DNA of 62,541 nt from Chiloscyllium plagiosum (lineage: Eukaryota): assembly GCF_004010195.1 (NCBI RefSeq), contig NC_057749.1, positions 18,718,487 through 18,781,027 of the forward strand, read 5' to 3'. The translations under genes were made by a program, and so were the position numbers. The notes under the pieces are model-generated. The model was not told the DNA's origin and searched no databases. It saw only the letters and a list, made by a program, of their open reading frames with translations. Of this stretch, positions 12,794 through 26,800 are shown piece after piece. Every line of letters starts with the position of its first letter. The stretch's first letter is position 1.

Positions 12794-13589
12794 GAATAAA
12801 AGCAACTTTACACAGTTCTGGTGCAAGATTACAAACCTGAAAAGTTAACTATCTCTGCACACCAACTCTTCCAGACCTGCTGTTTTTATTTTTTTTTAAT
12901 ACTGGTTAGCACATAAAACAATATTTTCATTGTATTTCAGTGTGTATGACAATAATAAATCAAATCAAATATCAAGTAGGGAAATGAACAATTCCGGAAA
13001 TCACAGCGGGTCATCAGATGAAGAGTTATCTAGATTTGAAACATTAGCTTGCTCTCTCTCCGCAGATGCTGCCTGAGTTGCTGTGACTTTCAGCATTTTT
13101 TGTTTTCAGTACAGATTCCAGCATCTGCTGTAAATTGCTCTGACAAGGATGAAGTCTGTTGGTTGACAGAAATAACTGCAAAAATACAAAAATTATGCAC
13201 AATGAATTGCAGATGCTGGAAATCAGAAACAAAATCATTAATTGCTGGAAAATCTCAGTAAGTCTGGTAGCATCTATGGAAAGAAAGCAGAGTTAAAGTT
13301 TCAGGTCCTGTGGTCTCTCTTCAGAACTGCAAAAATATTTTTTGGCAGGACAATACATGCCATTAGCAGTTGGTTTATTTTCAATCTGTGTGCTGTTGCT
13401 TTCATTTTTGAGAAGTGATTATTTTCTCTCTCTCACACTGCCCTCTCCCCTGGCAACTAGCAATTGCAATTCACACTCCAATGTCATGTGTCACCTGACG
13501 AAGGTGCAGCACTTCGGAGGGTTGGGATTTCAAATGAAACCTGTTGGACGACAAACTGGCGTGACTTGTGTGACCATGTGTCGAACAGG

Positions 13590-13745
13590 TTGAGTTTGGA
13601 CACTCCGGGAAAGACGGTGGTCGGCCCTCCCCCCTCCCTTTGTCGGTCTGTGCGGAGTGAGGCGCTGTGAGAGGTGTTGGTTGGCCACCTGCAGCGGGGA
13701 GTCCGGTCACGAGGCGCCGAGGGAGGCCCTGAGGAACAGCTCAAG
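13590..13745 (+). promoter_or_regulatory. SNUPN: CpG-rich promoter and probable non-coding exon 1 of SNUPN
   Basis: The only clear non-repeat CpG-rich island in the window; ends at donor AAG|gtagtt (13745/13746); exon 2 has only 8 nt of 5'UTR after an acceptor, so an upstream exon is required. The start position is approximate. Confidence 0.65.
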
Positions 13746-14004
13746 GTAGTTAAATGGCCGGGCTTTCGGTTTATTTATTTATTTATTTTAGCTGGAGCTC
13801 TCCGCTCGATGTAAAATGACAGGGATAAAAAGCTGTTTTTGTTTTAAAATGTGATCCAGGCTGTAACTTCCATGTTCACGGCCTCGGGCCTCAGGCTCTG
13901 CCGGTTTCAGTCTCCACACCCCCCACGGCCGGTCAGACCCTCATCACACCCCTGTCCTGGAACGGCTTTGGGATGTACATGAGAGACCCCCCCCCCACCC
14001 CGAC

Positions 14005-14833
14005 NNNNNNNNNNNNNNNNNNNNNNNNNNNNNNNNNNNNNNNNNNNNNNNNNNNNNNNNNNNNNNNNNNNNNNNNNNNNNNNNNNNNNNNNNNNNNNNN
14101 NNNNNNNNNNNNNNNNNNNNNNNNNNNNNNNNNNNNNNNNNNNNNNNNNNNNNNNNNNNNNNNNNNNNNNNNNNNNNNNNNNNNNNNNNNNNNNNNNNNN
14201 NNNNNNNNNNNNNNNNNNNNNNNNNNNNNNNNNNNNNNNNNNNNNNNNNNNNNNNNNNNNNNNNNNNNNNNNNNNNNNNNNNNNNNNNNNNNNNNNNNNN
14301 NNNNNNNNNNNNNNNNNNNNNNNNNNNNNNNNNNNNNNNNNNNNNNNNNNNNNNNNNNNNNNNNNNNNNNNNNNNNNNNNNNNNNNNNNNNNNNNNNNNN
14401 NNNNNNNNNNNNNNNNNNNNNNNNNNNNNNNNNNNNNNNNNNNNNNNNNNNNNNNNNNNNNNNNNNNNNNNNNNNNNNNNNNNNNNNNNNNNNNNNNNNN
14501 NNNNNNNNNNNNNNNNNNNNNNNNNNNNNNNNNNNNNNNNNNNNNNNNNNNNNNNNNNNNNNNNNNNNNNNNNNNNNNNNNNNNNNNNNNNNNNNNNNNN
14601 NNNNNNNNNNNNNNNNNNNNNNNNNNNNNNNNNNNNNNNNNNNNNNNNNNNNNNNNNNNNNNNNNNNNNNNNNNNNNNNNNNNNNNNNNNNNNNNNNNNN
14701 NNNNNNNNNNNNNNNNNNNNNNNNNNNNNNNNNNNNNNNNNNNNNNNNNNNNNNNNNNNNNNNNNNNNNNNNNNNNNNNNNNNNNNNNNNNNNNNNNNNN
14801 NNNNNNNNNNNNNNNNNNNNNNNNNNNNNNNNN
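14005..14833. other. Assembly gap (829 N)
   Basis: Run of n. Confidence 1.
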
Positions 14834-14849
14834 CCTCCGACAAAACCAT

Positions 14850-17380
14850 CCCCTTTGGTGCTGAACAGAGACCTTGGAGTGCAGGTTCATAGCTTCTTGA
14901 AAGTGGAGTCGCAGGTAGATTGGATAGTGAAGAATCCTCCCACTTCCTCCAGACCAAGGGGGTAGCCGTATGGGCCCCAGCTATGCCTGTCTCTTTGTCA
15001 GTTACGTAGAACAGTCCATCTTCCGTAATTACACTGGCACCTCTTTCCCCCCCGCTACATTGATGACTGCATTGGCGCCACCTTGTGCTCCCGTGAGGAG
15101 GTCGAGCAATTCATCAACTTCACCAACACATTCCATCCTGACCTTAAATTTACCTGGACCATCTCTGACACCTCCCTCCCCTTCCTGGACCTCTCCATCT
15201 CCATTAATGATGACCGACTTGACACTGACATTTTTTTACAAACCCACTGACTTCCACAGCTACCTTGATTACACCTCTTCCCACCCTGCCTCTTGTAAAA
15301 ATGCCATCCCATATTCCCAATTCTTTCGCCTCCGCTGTATCTGCTCCCAGGAGGTCTGGTTCCACCACACAAAACACCAGATGGCCTTTTTTCGAGATCG
15401 CAATTTCCCTTCCCAAGTGAAGATGCCCTCCAACGCATCTCATCCACATCCCGCCCCTCCACCCTCAAACCCCACCCCTCCAACTGTAACAAGAACAGAA
15501 CCCTCCCCAGTCCTCACTTTCCACTCTACCAACCTTCGCATAAACCGCATCATCCGCCAATATTTCCGCCATTCCCAAACGGACCCCACCGCCAGGGATA
15601 TATTTTCCTCCCCACCCCTTTCTGCATTCCGAAAAGGCCGTTCCCTCCCCCCAACAACCCACCCTCACATCCTGGCACCTTCCTCTGCCACTGCAAGAAT
15701 CGCAAAACCTGTGCCCACCCCTCCTTCCTCACCTCCATCCACGGCACAAAGGAGCCTTCCATATCCATCAAAGTTTCACCTGCGCATCCACCAATATCAT
15801 TTAATGTATCCGTTGCACCTGATGCAGTCTCCTCTACATTGGGGAGACTGGATGCCTCCTGGCAGAGCGCTTCAGGGAATATCTCCAGGACACCCGCACC
15901 AATCAAACCCACCTCCCTGTGGCCCAACATTTCAACTCCCCCTCCCACTCTGCTGAGGACATGGAGGTCATGGGCCTCCTTCACCACCGCTCCCTCACCA
16001 CCCAACGCCTGGAGGAAGAACGCATCCTCTTCCGCCTCGGAACACTTCAACCCCAGGGCATCAACCTTTTCCGCAACCCCACCCCCTTTATCTCTCCACC
16101 CTGGAGGCTCCTGATGAAGGACTTTTGCCCGAAACGTCGATTTTCCTGCTCCTCAGATGCTGCCTGACCTGCTGTGCTTTTCCAGCACCACTCTAATCTA
16201 GCATCTGCAGTCCTCACTTTTGCCCAGTGAAGAAGACGTTTGGTATGCTTTCCTTTATTGGTCAGAGTATTGAGTACAGGAGTTGGGAGGTCATAGAGTC
16301 ATAGAGATGTACAGCATGGAAACAGACCCTTAGGTCCAACCTGTCCATGCCAACCAGATATCCCAACCCAATCTAGTCCCACCTGCCAGCACCTGGCCCA
16401 TATCCCTCCAAACCCTTCCTATTCATATATCCATCCAAATGCCTCTTAAATGTTGCAATGTACCAGCCTCCACCACATCCTCTGGCAATTCATTCCATAC
16501 ACGTACCACTCTCTGCATGAAAAAGTTGCCCCTGAGGTCTCTTTTATATCTTTCCCCTCTCGCCCTAAACCTATGCCCTCTAATTCTAGACTCCCCGACC
16601 CCAAGGAAAAGACTTTGCCTATTTATCCTATCCATGCCCCTCATATAATTTTGTAAACCTCTATAAGGTCACCACTCAGCCTCTGACGCTCCAGGTCAGG
16701 TTGTGGCTGTACAGGTCATTGGTTAGGCCTCTGTTGGAATATTGTGTGCAATTCTGGTCTCCTTCCTATCGGAAAGATGTGAAACTTGAAAGGGTTCAGA
16801 AAAGATTTACAAGGATGTTGCCTGGGTTGGAGGATTTGAGCTATAGGAGAAGTTGAATAGGCTTGGGTTGTTTTCCCAGGAGTGTCAGAGGCTGAGGGAT
16901 AGGTTTATAAAATCATGAGTGGCATGGATAGGATAAATAGACAAGGTCTTTTCCCTGGGGTGGGGGAGCCCAGAACTAGCAGGCAGAGGTTTAAGATGAG
17001 AGAGGAAAGATTTAAAAGGGACCTAAGGGATCTAATGGCCTTCAGGGAAGGAAACTGCTATCATTATCTGATTTAGCCTCTATGTTTCTCCAGACCCCCA
17101 GCAATGTAGTTGACTCTTAACTGTCCTCTGGGCAACTAGGGATGGGTAATAAGCCAACGACATCCTCATCCAATGAACGAATGAAAAAAAGGGCAACTAA
17201 GAGGGTGGTACTTGTATGGAATGAGCTGCCAGAGGAAGTGATGGAGGCTGGTATATGAACAGGAAGGGTTTAGAGGGATATGGGCCAAGTGCTGGAAAAT
17301 AGAACTAGATTAGGTTAGTATGTCTGGTTGGCATGCTTGGGTTGAGCCGAAGGCTTGGTTTCTGTGCTGTACAGCTCTCT
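14850..17380 (+). mobile_element. CR1/HER1 LINE 3' portion hosting three nested insertions
   Basis: RDLGVQVHSFLKVESQVD remnant resumes after each insert (Penelope 14935-16225, antisense CR1 ~16293-16693, SINE ~17032-17190). Confidence 0.8.
14935..16225 (+). mobile_element. 5'-truncated Penelope-like element (RT, GIY-YIG, terminal repeat with hammerhead)
   Basis: MGPSYACLFV, RYIDDCIG, YKPTDFHSYLDY, LYIGETG; hammerhead at 16111-16138; TSD agtgaagaa at 14926-14934 and 16226-16234. Confidence 0.92.
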
Positions 17381-17647
17381 GTACACCACCCCACCCAATC
17401 ACACCATCCTCCCAGACCAAGAAAATCTTTCACAGCACTTTTGATACTTATGATCTGTTGTATTTAAGAAGCACAACGAGCAACTTACACACTGCGTGGA
17501 CCTCATACAGCAAATGTGGTCATGAACAGATCATCTTTTTTTAACTAATGTTGATTAAGGGATAGATATTGGCTAGAAGCAATCGTCTTCATTGCTGTCC
17601 TCCAAAATAATATGGTGGGACTTTTTTCTGCTTTTACAGGGATCATT

Positions 17648-17805
17648 ATGGACGAATTAAGTCAGGCATTGTCCACCAGCTTTACAGTCTCTCAGGATCT
17701 CAACAGCATTGCCGCTCCACATCCACGTCTCGCCCAATACAAACTCAAATCCAACACACAGGAGCAGGCAGAGCGTCGGCGGAAACTTCTGGAGAACCAA
17801 AAATC
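17648..17805 (+). CDS. SNUPN: SNUPN exon 2 (first coding exon; acceptor before 17640)
   Basis: tttacag|[43 protein letters not shown]...QKS; TC|gtaagt. Confidence 0.96.
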
Positions 17806-20800
17806 GTAAGTCATTAGAATGAAGGAAAGCAACTAGATTGCTACAAAGTGTGGAATATTTTGAGGATTTATCCACTGGGATATGCCATTCTTTTTTTCCT
17901 GCTTCCTGTGCCCTTTATAACTGTTTTGTTGCTAATGCAACACTAACTCTGGCAAATAGAAAATACATGGATTAGTGATGGAGACAAAATTAACATTGAG
18001 TAGCATAATTCACAAATCTGGAGTAGCTTATGTTTTGATAGTGAATATTCCTTGATTGCACTCTGGCCTCAAAAATCTGAAACTTTTGTCCTCAATTTTG
18101 TTGTATTTGGATTTTACTGTTTTTATGTACCGCTTGCTGGCCTCCCACATTCTACCCTCCTGTTGACTGGAGCTCATCCAAAACCGCTGCTCAAGTTCTA
18201 AAGCGTAGCAAATTACCCCCATGCTTGCTGATTCAGAGTCAAGCAATGTCTTTGTTCTAAAGTTCTCATCTTTATTTTCAGTCCATCCGTAGTCTTGTGT
18301 CTCCTTTTCTCTGTAGTCGTCTCCAGCTCAACAATTCTTGGAGCTGACTTTGTTCCTCTAATTCTGGCCTTAGTATTGACCTGTATGGCTCAGTACTATG
18401 TTTTGTTTCATAATATTCGTGTAGACTCTTGGGATTATACTAAAGACACTATTTCACTGAGGTTTTGTTTGCTGAATCAGTTTTTGCCATTTCGAAGTAT
18501 AGTCATATAACCATGAAAACAAGAAAATCAGGTCTATATTGTTTGATTAAAGAGGTCCTTCTGCCTCTGATTGTACTTTTGTTCTTGCAAAACAAATTAT
18601 GCTTCTTTTGGGGAAATATAAATCTGTGGTATATTATGGGGGTAGCAGTGTTCATCTAAATTTATTGAATATCTGTACAAGGGTTTGAGAAGACAAGACC
18701 TCCATTTATAACCAAAGAAGACCATCGCTCAAAAATGCTGCAACTTGCATTTTAACTGAGATATTGCCACTGTAAATGATTATGAATCAATTGGTTCTGC
18801 AGCGCACGGCAGCAACTTCCTGTTGTTTTTCTCTGGTGGCAGAAGGTTTATTTTATACTGCCCTCCATCAAAAAGAAGGGTTTACACCTATTTAGCACCT
18901 TCACAACCTCATGATGTTCCAAAGTGCTTTTCAGCCAATGCAATGCATCCAGTGAGAATTGTTGTAATTTAAAAATGGAGGCAGCCAATTTGTACAAAAC
19001 AAGATCCCTCAAATGACTGTGATAGAGGCCAGGCATTGTCATAATGGCTTAAAAATAAAAACTGTGAGAGAATTGACTGAAGAAGGGTCACTGGATACGA
19101 AATGTTAACTCTCTGTTGCCAGATCTGCTGAGTTTCTCTAGCACCTTGTTTTTGTTTCAGATTTCCAGTTTTTCTTTTAATATTATAATGCTGCTGGCTA
19201 GTTTCTGTCAAGCTGATATTTTGGGAATATATCCTTCAGTTGCATTTTGTTACTTTTGAAGTACTAAAAAGGGAGCAATATTGTCACAAGAGCCATCCTT
19301 TGAATGCACCACTAAACTGAGGCCCATCTGCCCTCAAGTGAACATGAAATATCCCACTGCATTACTTCTAAAAAGGGCAAAAGGTTTCATCCTTTTACTG
19401 GCAAATGTTTATCTATCACTTTGTTTTAACAGGTCATTGTCAGGTTGTTGTTTGTGAGAGCTTTCTGTGTGCAAACTTGCTGCTACGTTTCCTAATTTAC
19501 AACAGCGGCTTCACTTCAAAAGTGCTTTATTGTTTGCAAAGAGCTTTGGAATGTCCAGAGGTTGTGAAAAGGACACTATGCAGATTCTCTACATTGTGCT
19601 GTATTTAAGCAAACACAACATAGTGCTGTACTGACCTCAATTTTTCTTTGTGCTTCTGCATCAAAAGGCAGCGACTGAATTATGTTAACCATGCAAGGCG
19701 TCTTGCCGAAGATGACTGGACAGGAGAAGACAGTGAGGAGGAACAAGAGGAGCATGACGAAATGGAAGTTGAGGTGGCAAAGAAGAAACTTCCCAAACGC
19801 TACGCAAACCAGGTTGGAAATATTCTGAGTTATTCACCAAGACAAGGCACTGATTGCAGCATAGTGATCAAGAATTGGGTCAAGCTTCAGCAGTAGGGTT
19901 GCTGCATAATCCCGAGGCAAATATGGAAAAATAAGGTGGGGCTCCCTGTCCTAATCCCTGCACATTGATCTTAATGGAAATTTGTACGTCTTTATAAGAT
20001 GTTGAGATGCAGATGTTGGACTGGGGTGGACAAGTTAAAAATCGCACAATAGCAGGTTATAGTCCAACAGGTTTATTTGGAAGTACAAGCTTTCAGAGCT
20101 ATCTGACAAAGGAGCAGCACTCTGAAAGCTTGTACTTCCAAATCAACCTGTTGGACTATAACCTGGTATTGTGCGATTTTTAACTTTACGTCTATATAAA
20201 TGAACCGAGGCTGTGTCAACTGTTAAATCAGTCAACAAAACCTGGGCCTGAAGAATACCATTGGTAATGCTGGGGAATTAAAGCCCAGTCAGACTCTTCA
20301 GCGATTCAGGAAGGAAAAGTGATGTGAGAGCTTCCCTCCGTCTGGTTTGCTCATTGGCCCATGCATTCATCTGCCCCAATTGCAGGGGTTAATAAAGTGA
20401 CACCTGTACAGGAGCTGGGAGTTTCTGGCTCAATGAAAATGTCCTAGTGGGTTAAAACATCTGGTAGTAAAGTTCAGGGCAAGGGACATAACCCTAAAAT
20501 TGAACATGGTCATGGATGATGGGTTGTGCTTCCTACAATTACAATAGTAACCACACGTCAAAGAGTCTTTCATTGACAGGAAAGCACTTTGGAATGTCCT
20601 GAGATTATGTAAATGTACCCTCTTTTTCTTGCACAATTTATTGTCCAGTTGTTTGTGGTTGAGCACTACAGCATCTGGAAGCCAGTTGTGCAAAGCAAGA
20701 TCCCACCAATACGCTAATGCCCAGATAATGCTAAAAGAAACTACTTGCTGTCAGAAGAAAAGACAGAATGTTCAACAAAAAGGACTCTGGGTAATCCAAG

Positions 20801-23800
20801 GTGAACGACGGGAGAAAATTGTGGCTGTAAGAGCTGCTTTTTTCAGGTAACAGATTGGAGATGATTTCCTTGAATTCGAAGAGCAGTAATTATTATTCTA
20901 CAAGCGGTTGCATTGTATTGGAACTTTTGGGGGGGAGGAGATGATCAAAACAACGGCACTTTAAAAAGGAGGCAGTGACCACCACATGGTCAATAAGAGA
21001 GAAAGAAATCTCCGTCTGACTCAGCAGTGAACCTGCACAGCTACTGCCTTTGCTATTTGAGTTCAAGTATTTCTGCATATCGGAGTGTCAAAAAAAAAGG
21101 ACAAACAGTGAATTTCACAGCTGGCCTTGGAGGAATGTATATGGGAGAGCTCTCCACACAGGAACAGATAAGTTCAAGGGTTTTAAGTGTAACCTTGCTG
21201 TCTTTTTTTAATAGTGAGTAGAGTGGGTTCTTTTTGATTAGATGTTTTATTGAGATCTGTCTCTTGATTAAATTTTAAAAATATAAAACATAGATACAAA
21301 GTTAACCTGGAGCAGTGTCTTTTAGAGCAGTAAGACTGCTATTTTCTGTAGATTGTTAAGGTGCAAAGATGGCCTTTGATATACTCTTCCTGTCGGATGT
21401 GGGAGATTTAGGGAGAATTTCCATGTTACTGATGATTCTGTCTACAGTAAATGTGTTTGGTTGCAAATCCTATCAACTTGCATGGATTGATTAGAGCGGC
21501 AGTTAGAGGCAATGAGGAATTTACAGGAGCTAGGGGGTGTGATGGATATCCGATACAATCAGGTAGGAGAGGGAGGCAGGTAGTACAGGAGTCTTGTGCA
21601 ACTATCCGCATCTCAAACAAGTGTTCTGTTTGGAACATATAAGGGGCGATGGACTCTCAGGGGAACATAGCACGGCCAGCCAACTTCCTTATACCGAGAA
21701 TGGCTTATGAGGGTTACGTTGGGTTCCAAGTGGTTGATTGATTTGAGATAGGGGACTCTAGTCAGAGGCACAACAGATGTTTGTATGGCCGACAGCGAGA
21801 AATCAGAATGATGTGTTACCTCCTGGTCCCGGGATTAAGAATATCTCGGAGAGAATGCAGAATACTCTCAAAGGGGAGTGGGGCCAGCAGTGAAACTAAT
21901 GACACAGGAAAGCAAAAGGATGAGATTCTAAATAGAAGGTTAGGCAGGAATTTAAAAAGGAGATCCTTGAGAATAGTCATATCTGGATTACTCCAGGTGC
22001 TATGAGCTAGTGAGGGTAGGAAAAGGAGGATAGAGCTGATGAATGTTTGGCTAAGGAGCTGGTGCAAGGGAGGAAGGTGCTCATTTTGGATTGTTGGAAT
22101 CACTTCTGGGGTAGACGTGACCTGTATATGAAGGACAGATTGCGCTTGCATTGGAAGGGGACTAATATACTGGTAAGGTGGGATGTTGGGACCCAGGGAG
22201 ATAGTGAAGTAAGAGAGCAATCTTGAGACTGGTACTGTAGGAAAAAGGAGCAAGACAAACAGTCAGGGCAGGCAGGAACAAAGCAGAGAGTGAAATAACT
22301 GCAGTTCAATTTACCTCAATGCAAGAGGCTAAACAGGGAAGGCAGATGAACATGGGGCTGGGGTATCATAGCAATTACAGAAATGTGGCTCGGGGATGGT
22401 CAGGACTGGCAACTTCATGTTCCAGGACACACATGCCACAGGAAGGACAGAAAGAGGAGCAAAAGAAAGGAGTGGCGTTTTTGATAAGAGGTAACATTAC
22501 AGCTGTACTTTGGATATTCCAGAGAATATCCAAAGAAGTTGGATAAGTTATTTGGGTTGAACCGAGAAATAAGAAAGGAATGATTACTTTATTGGGGTTG
22601 TCTTATAGAACCCTGAATAGTTAGCAGGAAATTCAGAAACAAATTTGTTAGGAGATCTGTTATCTGTAAGAATAAGAGAGTGATAATGGTAGAGGATTTT
22701 AACTTTCCAAGCATAATTTTAGTGTTAAGGGCTTGGATGGACAAGAATTTTTTTGTGTGTACAAGAACATTTTGTGGATGTACATATGAGAGAAGGTGCA
22801 AAATTTGACCTCCTCTTTGGAAATAAGGCAGGGCATGTGACTGGGTGTCAGTGGGGGAGCACTTTCGGGCCAGTGACCATAATTCTATTAGTTTTAAAAT
22901 AGTGATGGAAAAGGATAGACCTGATCTAAAAGTTGAAGTTCTAAATAAGAGGAAGGCCAGTTTTGATGCTATTAGGCAAGATCTTTCAAAAGTTGATTGG
23001 GTGCAGATGTTTGCAGATAAAGGGATGTCTGGAAAATTAGATAATGAGCGTCCAGAGACAATATATTCCTGTCAGAATCGAAGGCAAGGCTGATAGGTGT
23101 AGGGAATGCTGGATAACTAGAGAAATTGAGGTTTTGTTTTAGATTAGATTAGATTCCTTACAGAATGGAAATAGGCCATTTGGCCCAAAAAATCCACACT
23201 GACCCTCGGAAGAGTAACCCACCGAGACCTATTCCCTTACCCTATATTTACCCCTGACTAATGCATCTAACACTGGGTAATTTTAGCATAGCCAATTCAC
23301 CTAACCGGGACATCTTTAGACTGTGGGAGGAAACTGGAGCACCCAGTTTGTAAAAACAAAAGGGTAACTAGGGAGAGAATAGGGTCCCTCAAAGATCAGC
23401 AAGGCAGCCCTTATGTGTGGAACTGTAGGAGATGGGGGAGATACTAAAAGAGTGTTTTGCATCAGTGTTACTGTGGAGACAACATGGAAGTAACAGTATG
23501 TCAGGATATAAATGGCGGCATCTTGAAAAATGTACATATTACAGTTGTCCAGGTGCCTGAAGGGTTCTTAAAACACAAAGCTGTGGATATTTCCCCAGGA
23601 CCTGATCAGTTGTACCCAAAAACTCTGTTGGTAGTGAGGGAAGTGATTGCTGGGCCCCTTGGAAATATTTGGATTATCATTAGTCAGAGGTGAGGTGCCG
23701 GAAGACTGGGGGGTTGGCTAAAGTGGTGCAATTATTTAAGAATGGTGTTAAGGAAAAGCCAGGGAACTATAGACCGGTGAGCCTGACATTGGTGGTGGGC

Positions 23801-26800
23801 AAGTTGTTGGTGGGAATCCTGAAGGACAGGATTTATGTGTGTTTAGAAAGGCAAGGACTGATCAGATATAGTCAGCATGGCTTTTTGCGTGGGAAACCAT
23901 ATGTCACTAACTTGGTTGAGGTTTATGCAGAAGTAACGAAGAGGCATGGTGAGGACAGAGCAGTGGATGTGATCCATATGGACCTCAGTAAGGCATTTGA
24001 CAAGATTACTCATGGTAGACTTGTTAGCAAGGTTAGGTCTCATGGAATACAGGGAGAACTAGCCAATTGGATACAGAACTGGCTCAAAGGTAGAAGCCAG
24101 AGGGTGGTGGTGGCGGGTTGCTGTTTCAGACTGGAGGCCTGTAATCAGTGGTGTGCAACAAGGATCGGTGTTAGGTCCACAGCTTTCCGTCATTTATGTA
24201 AATGGTTTGGGTGTGATCATAGGAGGTATAGTTAATAAATTTGCAGATGACCCCAAAATTGGAGGTGTAGTGGACAGGATCTTAATCAGATGAGCCAATG
24301 GACCTAAGAGTTGTAAATGGAGTTTAATTTAGATAAATGTGAGGTGCTGTATTTTGGAAAGGCAAATCCTGGTAAGATTTATACACTTAATGGTAAGGTC
24401 CTGGGGAGTGTTGCTGAGCAAAGAGACTTTGGAATACAAGTATGTAATTCCTTGCAAGTGGAGTCTCGGGTAGATAGGATAGTGAAGAAGGCGTTTAGTA
24501 TGCTTTCCTGTATTGGTCACAACATTTGAGTATCGGAGTTGGGAGGTCATGTTGCAGCTGTACAAGACATTGGTTAGGCCACTTTTGGAATATTGTGTGC
24601 AATTCTGGTCTCCCTCCTATTGGAAAGATGTTGTGAAACTTGAATGGGTTCAGAAAGTATTTATGAGGATGTTGCCAGGGTTGGAGATTTGAGTTACAGC
24701 AAGAGGCTGAATAGGGTGTGCTTGTTTTCCCTGGAGCGTCGGAGGCTGAGGGGTGACCTTATAGAGCTTTATAACATCATGAGGGGCATGGATAGGATAA
24801 ATAGACAAAGTCTTTTTCCTGTGATGGGGGAGTCCAGTACTAGAGGACATAGGTTTCGGGTGAGAGGGAAAAGATATAAAAGAGACCTAAGGGGCAACCT
24901 TCCTCACGCAGAGGAATGAGCTGCCAGAGGAAGAGTTTGAGGCTGGTGCAATTACAACATTTTAAAAGGTATCTGGATGGGTACATGAATAGGAAAGGTT
25001 TAGAGGGATATGGGCAAAGTGCTGGCAAATGGGACTTGATTAATTTAGGATATCTGGTCAGCATGGATGACTTGGACTGAAGGGTCTATTTCTGTGCTGT
25101 ACATCTCTCTGACTCTAAGACTTCTCGCTAGAACTTAATAATGTTATCCTGATGATAATGCCTTTTCAGCATAGGTCATTGTGGATTCCCCTTTCCTGAA
25201 TAAATGATCATTTATTTATAGTAAGTACCTGGGGATATGTCAGAACATGTCACTGAAAAGTTTGTAAATGGTCCAAATCTTCCTAGATTCGGAGCAGTAA
25301 AATATGGATTTAATTTCTGTTTAATTGTGATAGTCTTGCTCAATGTTCCCTCTAAATTTTCTTGCTGGTGCCCAGATCCCCAAGGGCTGTGCATGGTAAC
25401 AGCTTCTTAAACAGAAGCTATGTACTGTATTGGCATGTACGTAAGTGGCACTTGCAAGCGGCCACGCACCTTAGAGGGAACATTGGTCCTGATGTGCATA
25501 CACAGACACTGAAATTGTCATGGATATTGACACTTCTGGTGGGCTGGTTAATTTTGCCTGGGATTTTCCATGATTATGGCTGAGCATCAGAGGCTTGGGT
25601 GACATATTCATGACCTCCCCAAACCTGACAGCACCTTACCACCACCACCTGACCTACTCGCCCATTCAGCCATTCACCACTAAAGCTTGAGACCTTCAAA
25701 ATGTAGCTGAATACAGCATGTAATGGTATGAAAAGAGGACAGATTAGATTAGATTACATTACAGTGTGGAAACAGGCCCTTCGGCCCAACAAGTCCACAC
25801 CGCCCCGCCGAAGCGCAACCCACCCATACCCCTACATTTACCCCTTACCTAACACTACGGGCAATTTAGCATGGCCAATTCACCTGACCTGCACATCTTT
25901 GGACTGTGGGAGGAAACCGGAGCACCCGGAGGAAACCCACGCAGACACGGGGAGAACGTGCAAACTCCACACAGTCAGTCGCCTGAGGCGGGAATTGAAC
26001 CCGGGTCTCTGGCGCTGTGAGGCAACAGTGCTAGCCACTGTGCCACCGTGCTGCCCACAGAGTCTCGCTTCACCAGGCTTTTCCTGTTCCTGTGCTCGCC
26101 AGTGCTGTTCTTCAGAGTCTGCATTGATCCATAACTGCAGCTGGATCAGAAATACTTGCTACAATAGTGCAATATCGACAGGGCACAGAAATCCTCATGG
26201 CCAATGCATTGACACTGTTGTAAAGGCTGGTCAATATATAGGACATAGAAATGTACTTTTACATAACCAACTCAGACAGTTACATGTATAAAATAAATTA
26301 CAGTTTGCTTTTGGTAGAATGCCCTTATTCTGTGAATTAAGTGGCGACGTCCTGCTAACTACATTTTTAGTTGCTTTTTCCTGGTGTCTCAAAGGGACAA
26401 TGTTTTTCATGTACAGAAAAGAAATTGTGTTGCTGCCACTTCCCTCCTAAGCAATAGTGGGTCCAGTCACTGCTTTATAGAGGTGCTGTATTTGTAATCA
26501 TGCCCAATATTTTTTGTTGTTTCTATGGATCAAAATGTTTTGCAGAGAAGTACCTGAAACTGTTATATGGTATTTTGCTTCACACAGTTCTGCTTGCCTG
26601 CTGCAGATGGCAGTATTGTCATGTCTGAATAATACTACTTTCCCCAAGCCATTCAGCACCCTTTTTAGGATGCAAGGGTAATCTTGAGGGATAAGAAAGT
26701 GGGATGCTCATGCATGCAGTTCACCGGTGTTAGAGTCGGATATTTTATATTTTTCAAATGCCATTTAAATTTAACAGCCCTTCTCTCTCAATTTTGGGGA

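Noticed and set aside
13907..14965. Three ORFs longer than 320 aa
   Set aside because: Artefacts of translating the N gap.
17612..17647. Upstream in-frame ATG extending the SNUPN N-terminus
   Set aside because: It lies in the intron upstream of the acceptor at 17639/17640; the conserved start is 17648.
25728..26291. 187-aa ORF ([12 protein letters not shown]...)
   Set aside because: Antisense read-through of an HE1 SINE; the same peptide recurs at 12226-12492.
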